Source: Planctomycetota bacterium (GTDB lineage Bacteria; Planctomycetota; UBA8108; SXIK01). Taken from it: DNA of 64,000 nt. The translations under genes were made by a program, and so were the position numbers. How positions within the stretch are numbered: the first letter of the stretch is position 1; the number at the start of each line of letters is the position of its first letter. The stretch is taken from positions 6,592,001-6,656,000 of the forward strand of contig CBDCXR010000004.1 in NCBI GenBank assembly GCA_965223845.1. The letters run 5' to 3'. The notes under the pieces are model-generated. The model ran no database searches, was not told the origin of the DNA, and worked only from the letters and a program-made list of their open reading frames with translations. Shown in pieces: positions 56,890-64,000 of the stretch.

Positions 56890-59800
56890 TCATTCGCAGC
56901 CAGGAAAGATCTCGCAGTCGAGCATCTGTTCGGGTGACGTTTCCCCGCATTCCTCGAACGGAGGCGGCGGAGGAGATCCGTCGCCGAAGAGATAGTTCAG
57001 GTGATAGATCGGATCGGCGATGTTGAGAGAGTCGTCCGCATTGACGTCGGCGGCGGCGGCGCAGTCGAGCGCGGCTCCGTCCTCGAAAAGGAATCCGAGC
57101 ACGAAGATCGGGTCGGCGATATTGCTCGCGCCGTCGAGATTCGCGTCACTCCGGCGGAAGGGCGACGTGCAGTATTCGTATGCTCCGAGATCGACGAGCG
57201 GTCCGCAGACTCGCGCGCGTCCGACGAGATCGACCGACGTGGGAACCGGCATCGAGCCGACATCGATCGCGGGAGAGCTCGGCTGAAGCCGGTAGTCACC
57301 CCTCTCCCAAGCAGCGCCGTCTCCTTCGCCGCGGGCGTGAAAGAGCGGATCGGCATTGATGACATCCGCGAGTTCCGCATGCTCGGGGAGCTCGCCTTCG
57401 ACGAGCGAGCTCGTCACCTTCGTGAATCCCTGCGGAGGATCTTCGTTTCGGTAGTGCATGATGCTCGCTCCGAGTCCGTTCCCCCAAACAATCGAATTGC
57501 GGAGAGTGAACTCGGAGTTGTGGAGAACGATCGCCTGAGTCCTGTCGTCTCCCGGACCGCTGCGATTCTCGGTCACGGTGCAGCCGATCATCTCGACCGT
57601 TAGGTTTCCGCCGGTGAGCGCCGTTCCGTCGTAGCTGTGGTTCCCCGCGATGAGCGAATCGGTGAGCTGCAGCTTGCCGTTGTGCGCTTGAATGCCCGAC
57701 TGATTGTTAGCGGTCACCTCACATGCCACGATGGAGATTTCGTCGCCGTTCCCCGCGAAGATCCCGCTCACGTCGTTGCGCTCGAGAAGACAGTGAGTGA
57801 GAGTCGCTTTCACGAGGCTCGCCGCGTAGAATCCTCCGCCGAAACGGGAACCGTGCCGCCCCGGGAAGCCCGCGGATCGAGCGATCGTCGTGTGATGGAC
57901 CTCGATCTGAGCCCCTTCCCAGCACGCGATGCCGGCTTCGCCGTTGTCGTCGAAAACGGAACTCTCGACCACGACGTTCGAATTCGGTCCGCAGACGATG
58001 CCGGATCGCGCCGCTCCGACGACGAACACGCGCTCGATGTGCGCGCTCGCTCCCGTCGAGACGAGGATTCCATCGGCGTCGCTCCCGTCGACACGAAGAT
58101 TCGAGACGCCTCCGCGCAAGTCGGCGATCCCGCCGTGGATCACCGTCTCCCCTGAGCCCGCTCCGACGAGATCGATTCCGGAGCCGAGGACGATCGGTCC
58201 GGAATAGTCGCCGCTCGCGAGATGGATCGTCCTCGCGTCGGCGCCGGTGGTCGCACACGGCTCGAATGGGATTCCGATATCACCGCCGTCCGTGCCGGCG
58301 CCGAGGCAGGGTGAGCCTTCGGCGAGCGCGAAGCTGAACTCGGTCGCCGCGTTCGGGTGGGTGAACGGAGTCTCGCGCGAGCCGTCGCCACCGGCGGGAG
58401 CGTTCGCGTCGACCCACATTTCGTCGGCCGCACCGAGTCCGCAAAATGCGGGATCGAGATTCAGGTTTCCTTCACCTGGTACGAGCTCGCCTTCAACGCA
58501 AGAGTAGGAAACGGTCGCGTTCGCTGCGCTGAGGAGACTCTTCTCGGTGTTGCCCCATATGATGCTGTCTCGAATCGTCGTTTCGCCGGACGCGGTAACC
58601 GTGCAAGAAAACGCACCGTAGTTCCGAGCGATCGTCGTTTGGGCGACGGTGAGCTGCGTCCGCTGCGAGGAAATCGGGCAGCCCGAGTTGCGCGCGATGA
58701 GGCAGCGCGTGATCGTCGCGGAACCGCTGTTGAGACTGAGCCCACCTCCGTTCGCGAGGATGCTCGAGTCGACGAGCTCGATGGTCGCCTCTTGAGAGAT
58801 GAGCGCGACGCCGACATACCCTCGGACTTCGATGCCCTGAAATACGGGTCGAGACGTCGATTCACAGGTGATCGCGTTGGCCGAACCGTCCCTGAACGTC
58901 GTGTCGGAGATCAAAGGATCGGATCCTGCGCGGCAAACGAGAGCGGTGCTCGATCCGCCGCTGAGGACGCTGTTCTCGATCGTCGCCGATGCCTCCCTCG
59001 CCACGTAGACCGTTCCCTCGACCGCTAGGTCGCGGAGACTCGAAGTACCGGAGAGCTCGGCGATGCCTCCCGCGATGGTCGTTTGATCGGCTCCCGCGCC
59101 TTCGATTCGAACGGGTCCGGGGAAGGATGCGTCGAGGCGATACCGTCCCGCCGCGATGTCGATCGAGAGCTCCGCGGGGCCGCGGTCGCCGCAGGACGGC
59201 GCCGACCAACCGCGATCGACTCCGTTCTCACCGGATCCGCGGCAAGGCGACGCGTCCGCGAGCGCCCAGTTGTAACCGAGACCGGCATCGAACGAACGGA
59301 GCGGTCGTTCCGCGCTGCCGTCGCCGCCCACTGGAGCGGCCGCGTCGACATGCAGGCTTTCGCGTCCCCATCCGCAGAAAAGCGGATCGACCGAAATGTT
59401 CTCCTTGCCGCGCGCGAACGGTTCCGGCAGGCACGAGTACTCCGCGTCGAGTACGCCGCCGGACAGTCGGATGTCTTCGCTCGAAGCGTTCCCCCACACG
59501 ATCGAGTTTTTCATCGTGACTTGGCCGTTCCCGATGAGAAGACCGGTACCCGACGGTGTCCAATTGCCCGCGATCGTCACGCGGTTGAGGTCGACGGACG
59601 GAGCAACTCCCGAGACCGTGAGGGCGCCGCTCCCCGAGAGGAAGCGATTCCCGGCGATGAGACTGTCTTCCATTTTGATCGCTCCGCCTGAATGCCAGAC
59701 GGCGCTTCCGAGCGTCCAATCGGCGGAATTGTCGACGACGCGGCAGGCGCGCATCGTGAGATTCGCGTTCTGCACGACCACGCCGCCGTTCGCCCGGCAG

Positions 59801-61296
59801 CGGCGGATGTCGACCGATTCCATCACGACCGGCGGCTCGGCGATGGTCATCTCGCCGATCCAGACTCCGCCCGATGGTCCTTCGGCGATCGTGATGTCGC
59901 GAATCTCCGCCCCGGGGCGTGCGCCGACGAGCGTTCCGCGAACTGTCGTCGCTTGGGCGTCGCTTCCGTGAATGCTCACGTTCTGACCGAGCGGGACGAT
60001 CGGAAGCTCGTAGTCTCCCGGCTCGAGAACGATTCGCGTGCGATCGCGACCGGCAGTCTCGCACGACTCGAGCTCCGCCCCGATGGGCCCGCCGTCCTCA
60101 CCGGCGGTTCGACACGGCGATGTCGCGCCGAGACCGTAGCCGTAGCGGAGTGCGTCGCGAAGCGAATCGAACGGTCGCTCCGGAGTCCCGTCTCCTCCCG
60201 GTGCGGCATCGTCATCTACTCGAAGTGATTCGAGATCTCCCCAGGCGCAGAACTCGGGATCCTGATCGATCACCGTTTCGCCGAGTCGAGGGGCTCGGTT
60301 CTGAATGCACGAGTGGTGGACGTCGACCGCCTCGGAGAAGTCGATGGGCGGGCGATGAAGGTTTCCCCAGATGATCGAATTCTCGAGCTCGGCGGGGACG
60401 CTCAAGTAGATCGGCGCGTCGCGGAAGAGGTTCCCGGCGATGGTGAGTCGATCGATCGAGGCGGGGTTCGCGCCCCAGATGTTGACTCCCCCCGCTTGGC
60501 TGTAGTTGTCGGCGACGAGGCAGTCGGAAATCCTGAGCTCGCAGTTCCCGAACTGCGCCATCGGGACCCAGCCGCGGTTGTGATTCGCCAGGATGCGAAC
60601 CGTCGCGAGAGAGACGTCGGAGTCGGTCATAAAGACTGCGGCACCCCAGTCGCCGACGTTTGCGCTGATTTCGCTCTCGGTGATCTCGACGATCGAGTTT
60701 TCGACGTAGAGACCGCCGCCCACGTGGGAGGTGTTCTCCTGAATCCGAGTGAAGTTCCCCGTGATCGCGCAGCTCGCAATGCGTACCGCAGACCGGTCTC
60801 GGATGAGGAAGCCGCCTCCCTGTCGCTGCGGGCCGTAGCAAAAGAAACAGCTCACGCTCGTGGCGAGGCGGCCCTGTCCGCCCGTGACGGTGAATCCTTC
60901 TACGAAGCTCCGGTTCGATTCGCCTTTCTCGAACACGAAGACACTCGCCTCGTCGGGGTCGTCCGGCTCGTCGTGCATTCGAATCACGGTCGCGTCGGCG
61001 CCGGATTCGGAGCGAAGCTCGAGATCCTTGAGCGCGGGCGAGGTAGCGTCGAGTGGATCGTGAAATCGATTGAAGCTGAGCGGGTTCGTGATGACGTACT
61101 CGCCCGGGGCGACGAGGATCGTGTCGCCGTCTGCGGCGACGTCGAGAGCCTCTTGAATGGTGGCGTGATCAGCGGGGACGCGGAGGATGTCGGTGTGCCC
61201 GACTCGGGCTCCGAGCGCGATCACTCCGAGCGCGATGATTCCGCGCAGGCTCAGGCGGTCCGGCCGACTGGTCCGCTCGATCGAGTTCGATCCCAC
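56890..61296 (-). CDS. Giant beta-helix repeat protein with C-terminal dockerin, paralog B
   Basis: Start moved to GTG 61296 (GAGGGG upstream; parallels paralog C start); collinear with 52361-56767 along its length. Confidence 0.9.
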   Translation of the reverse strand: MGSNSIERTSRPDRLSLRGIIALGVIALGARVGHTDILRVPADHATIQEALDVAADGDTILVAPGEYVITNPLSFNRFHDPLDATSPALKDLELRSESGADATVIRMHDEPDDPDEASVFVFEKGESNRSFVEGFTVTGGQGRLATSVSCFFCYGPQRQGGGFLIRDRSAVRIASCAITGNFTRIQENTSHVGGGLYVENSIVEITESEISANVGDWGAAVFMTDSDVSLATVRILANHNRGWVPMAQFGNCELRISDCLVADNYSQAGGVNIWGANPASIDRLTIAGNLFRDAPIYLSVPAELENSIIWGNLHRPPIDFSEAVDVHHSCIQNRAPRLGETVIDQDPEFCAWGDLESLRVDDDAAPGGDGTPERPFDSLRDALRYGYGLGATSPCRTAGEDGGPIGAELESCETAGRDRTRIVLEPGDYELPIVPLGQNVSIHGSDAQATTVRGTLVGARPGAEIRDITIAEGPSGGVWIGEMTIAEPPVVMESVDIRRCRANGGVVVQNANLTMRACRVVDNSADWTLGSAVWHSGGAIKMEDSLIAGNRFLSGSGALTVSGVAPSVDLNRVTIAGNWTPSGTGLLIGNGQVTMKNSIVWGNASSEDIRLSGGVLDAEYSCLPEPFARGKENISVDPLFCGWGRESLHVDAAAPVGGDGSAERPLRSFDAGLGYNWALADASPCRGSGENGVDRGWSAPSCGDRGPAELSIDIAAGRYRLDASFPGPVRIEGAGADQTTIAGGIAELSGTSSLRDLAVEGTVYVAREASATIENSVLSGGSSTALVCRAGSDPLISDTTFRDGSANAITCESTSRPVFQGIEVRGYVGVALISQEATIELVDSSILANGGGLSLNSGSATITRCLIARNSGCPISSQRTQLTVAQTTIARNYGAFSCTVTASGETTIRDSIIWGNTEKSLLSAANATVSYSCVEGELVPGEGNLNLDPAFCGLGAADEMWVDANAPAGGDGSRETPFTHPNAATEFSFALAEGSPCLGAGTDGGDIGIPFEPCATTGADARTIHLASGDYSGPIVLGSGIDLVGAGSGETVIHGGIADLRGGVSNLRVDGSDADGILVSTGASAHIERVFVVGAARSGIVCGPNSNVVVESSVFDDNGEAGIACWEGAQIEVHHTTIARSAGFPGRHGSRFGGGFYAASLVKATLTHCLLERNDVSGIFAGNGDEISIVACEVTANNQSGIQAHNGKLQLTDSLIAGNHSYDGTALTGGNLTVEMIGCTVTENRSGPGDDRTQAIVLHNSEFTLRNSIVWGNGLGASIMHYRNEDPPQGFTKVTSSLVEGELPEHAELADVINADPLFHARGEGDGAAWERGDYRLQPSSPAIDVGSMPVPTSVDLVGRARVCGPLVDLGAYEYCTSPFRRSDANLDGASNIADPIFVLGFLFEDGAALDCAAAADVNADDSLNIADPIYHLNYLFGDGSPPPPPFEECGETSPEQMLDCEIFPGCE

Positions 61297-61421
61297 GGGG
61301 TCCCCCTCGGATTCAACGGTGGAAGCGAGAATGACTCGAGCGAACGGTGGACCCTCGAGATTCGCGCACACTTCGAAACGACTTGGCACCATTCTCTGCC
61401 CTCTTTTCGCCGCCCGCATCA

Positions 61422-64000
61422 TCATTCGCAGCCGGGAAAGGCCTCGCAGTCGAGCGTCTCGTCGGGATCGGCTTCGCCGCACGCCTCGAACGGCGGCGGC
61501 GGAGGCGAACCGTCACCGAAGAGATAATTAAGCAGGTAGATGGGATCGGCGACGTTCACTCCGTCGTCGGCGTTGAGATCCGCGGCGGCGGCGCACTCGA
61601 GCGTGATGCCGCCCTCGAAGAGGAATCCGAGGACGAAGATCGCATCGGCGATGTTGCCCGCACCGTCGGTGTTCGCGTCGCCGCGGCGGAAGGCGGACGT
61701 GCAGTACTCGTACGCGCCGAGGTCGCTGGCGGGACCGCAGACGCGGGGACGACCCGCGAGGTCCATCGCCGTCGGGATGGGTTCCGCGCCGGCGTCGATC
61801 GCGGGAGAGTCCCGACGAAGACGGTAGTCGCCGCGAGTCCAGCTCGGACCCTGCCCGTCGCCGCGCAACCGGAAGAGCGGGTCGGTGCCGACGATGCCGG
61901 TCAGCTCGGCGTGCTCGGGGATCTCGCCGTCGACGATCGAGTTCGTGAGTTTCGTAAACCCGATGGGGTCTTCGTCGCTCCGGTTGTTCTCGATGCTCTG
62001 CCCGTTGCCGTTTCCCCACACGATCGAGTTCCGCACGCGAATTTCGGATTCGTGCGCCGCGATCGCCGCGTGGACGTCTCCGGCGCCCGCTCGAAACCCA
62101 CCGAATTGATTCTCCGTCACGGTGCAGCCGACCAGTTCGAGAACGAGTTGGTGTCCGGTGATCGCAGTGCCACTGAAGTTCTCGTTGCCGGTCAGAAGCG
62201 AATCGACCACGCTCAGTCTCGCGCCAAACCCTTGAATCCCTGCCCGGCCGTTCGCGCTGATGTCGCAGGCGGTGAGGACGACGTCGTTCTCGCTTGACGC
62301 GACGATGCCGGTCACGCGATTCCGCACTACGCGAGAGCGAGTGAGCTCCGCCTTCACGTCCTCGGCGAAGAGGAGACCGCCGCCGAACAGAGCTCCGTGG
62401 CGGCCGGGGACGCCGCGCGTATGGGAAACCGTCAACCCGTGAGCGCGAAGCTGCGTGCCCGACCAACACTCGACTCCGCTCGCACCGCTTCCGTCGATCC
62501 ACGTGCCGGTGATGCTTACATTTGAATCCGATCCGCAGACGACCGCAGACCGCTCTGCGCCTTCGATCGCCAGCCTTTCGAGAACTGCGGTGGCTCCGGC
62601 CGGAACGATGACTCCGTCGCCCACGATCGGCTCGACGCGGAGATCCGCGACTCGTGCGTGTACATCGACGACCGCTCCGCGAATGATCGTTCTCGTCCGC
62701 CCGGCACCCGCGAGCGTCACCCCCGGGCCCAGTCCGATCGATTGCGGATAGATGCCTTGCGCCAGATTCACCGCGCGCTTCGCCAGTCCGGGCGCAGGGC
62801 AGATACCGAGGGACGCACCGATGTCGCCCCCGTCGCTGGCGGAGGCGCGGCACGGAGAGTTCTCCGCCAGCGAATAACGAAAATCGAGTGCATCGAGGAG
62901 GCTGCGGTGCGGTCGTTCGCGGGACCCGTTCCCTTCTGCCGGAGCGGACGGATCGACCCAGGTGTCCTCTGCCCCGTCGAAACCGCAGAACATCGGATCG
63001 ACATTCAAGTTCCCCTCGCCGGGGAAGAGCTCTCCTTCGATGCACGAATGGGAGACGACGAGGCCTCGGCCAGCGGTGAGGGTCAGTCCAGAATTCGCCC
63101 ACACGATGGAGTCGCGAATCGTCGTCGAGCCTTCGAGCAACACGCTCGCCGAAGTCGGATTCGTGTTGTGCGCAATCGTGGTGCCGACGAGTGTCAGCAC
63201 GGTGCGCGAAGCCACGATGAGCTGGCCGAAGTTGCGCGCGACGAGTCCACCGGAGATGCGAGCGACTCCTCCGGACAAATGCAGTCCGCCCGCGTTCCTG
63301 AGGATCTTCGGTTCGAGGAGCTCGACTTCGGCGCCGTTGGCACTGAGCGCGACACCGCCGTTATCGGAGATGACCACGCGCTCGAAAATCGGCTGCGAGC
63401 GGTCCCCGCAGACGACCGCCGTCGTCGCGCTGCCCGTGATCGTCGTGTCGACGACGCGCGGCGCCGATTCACGTTCACACACGAGCCCACTCTCATCGTC
63501 GCCGCGAAGCGTGCAAGATTCGATCAGGGCTGAATCGCCGGCAGCGACGTAGACCGAACCTTCGATCGTGAGTCCGCGCAGCGCGGAGCCCTCGCGAAGA
63601 CGGCGAACGTCCCCGGCGACGATGGTGTTCTCCGCTCCTTCCCCCTCGATCACGATGGAATCGTTGAGGGGCGTATCCAGCACGTAGCGGCCGCGGGCGA
63701 GTCGGACCGTCGTCGCGCGGACTCGATCGCCTACGCACGGTTCGGCCGACCACCCGCGATCCACTCCGTCTTTGCCGGTCCCGCGACAGGGAGAGTCCTC
63801 CGCGAGCGCCCAACTGTACTCGAGTCCGTCGGTGAGCGCTCTAAACGGGCGGCTTTCGGTGCCATCCCCGCCGTTTGCTTCGCGAGCGTCGACATAGGCG
63901 AGATCTCGCGCCCATCCGCAGAAGAGCGGGTCGACCGCGATATTGTTCGAGCCGAAGTCGGTGAACGTCTCAGGTATGCAAGAGAACTCCGGGAAAAACA
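61422..64000 (-). CDS. Giant beta-helix repeat protein with C-terminal dockerin, paralog A (5' part outside the window)
   Basis: Frame stays open to the window edge (...FSCIPETFTDFGSNNIAVDPLFCGWARD...); aligns to the C-terminal part of paralogs B and C. Confidence 0.9.
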   Translation of the reverse strand, partial: FFPEFSCIPETFTDFGSNNIAVDPLFCGWARDLAYVDAREANGGDGTESRPFRALTDGLEYSWALAEDSPCRGTGKDGVDRGWSAEPCVGDRVRATTVRLARGRYVLDTPLNDSIVIEGEGAENTIVAGDVRRLREGSALRGLTIEGSVYVAAGDSALIESCTLRGDDESGLVCERESAPRVVDTTITGSATTAVVCGDRSQPIFERVVISDNGGVALSANGAEVELLEPKILRNAGGLHLSGGVARISGGLVARNFGQLIVASRTVLTLVGTTIAHNTNPTSASVLLEGSTTIRDSIVWANSGLTLTAGRGLVVSHSCIEGELFPGEGNLNVDPMFCGFDGAEDTWVDPSAPAEGNGSRERPHRSLLDALDFRYSLAENSPCRASASDGGDIGASLGICPAPGLAKRAVNLAQGIYPQSIGLGPGVTLAGAGRTRTIIRGAVVDVHARVADLRVEPIVGDGVIVPAGATAVLERLAIEGAERSAVVCGSDSNVSITGTWIDGSGASGVECWSGTQLRAHGLTVSHTRGVPGRHGALFGGGLLFAEDVKAELTRSRVVRNRVTGIVASSENDVVLTACDISANGRAGIQGFGARLSVVDSLLTGNENFSGTAITGHQLVLELVGCTVTENQFGGFRAGAGDVHAAIAAHESEIRVRNSIVWGNGNGQSIENNRSDEDPIGFTKLTNSIVDGEIPEHAELTGIVGTDPLFRLRGDGQGPSWTRGDYRLRRDSPAIDAGAEPIPTAMDLAGRPRVCGPASDLGAYEYCTSAFRRGDANTDGAGNIADAIFVLGFLFEGGITLECAAAADLNADDGVNVADPIYLLNYLFGDGSPPPPPFEACGEADPDETLDCEAFPGCE

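Noticed and set aside
52-63813. Many long antisense or alternate-frame ORFs (e.g. 991-2196+, 8564-10921+, 12966-14795-, 21361-23025+, 30294-32129-, 42733-44784-, 50203-51804-)
   Set aside because: They overlap well-supported genes and have Arg/Ser-rich or mirror-codon composition; expected shadows in high-GC DNA.

Overview
High-GC bacterial chromosomal DNA, most consistent with a Planctomycetota-type diderm (inference from planctomycete-style dockerin-like domains, LTD/LamG proteins, WD40/HEAT proteins and the isochorismatase type). About 31 real CDS; most other ORFs in the track are antisense or alternate-frame shadows. Layout: (1) 1-8.1 kb, a partial LTD/LamG surface protein, a HK/OmpR two-component pair and a secreted TPR/HEAT protein preceded by an 11-bp-periodic TGACA array. 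(2) 8.4-21.2 kb, lhr helicase and mixed genes. (3) 21.3-25.7 kb, a giant multi-PA14-like dockerin protein. (4) 26.1-49.1 kb, an apparent phosphate-starvation island: LTD-dockerin lipoprotein, dockerin/beta-helix protein, TonB-dependent receptor, Vibrio TonB2-like energizing operon, Cys-rich pseudo-receiver regulator, small lipoprotein and pstSCAB. Four 11-bp-periodic TT(C/T)AC arrays sit upstream of its operons. (5) 49.4-64 kb, three tandem giant beta-helix paralogs plus a beta-propeller di-heme cytochrome c, all with C-terminal dockerins. The strongest novel signals are an intergenic long-inverted-repeat family whose two arms co-vary within each copy, eight dockerin-tagged secreted proteins suggesting a cellulosome-like surface assembly, and the Pho-box-linked TBDT/dockerin module. 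No tRNA, rRNA, CRISPR array or transposase was found. All calls were made by eye, without database searches.
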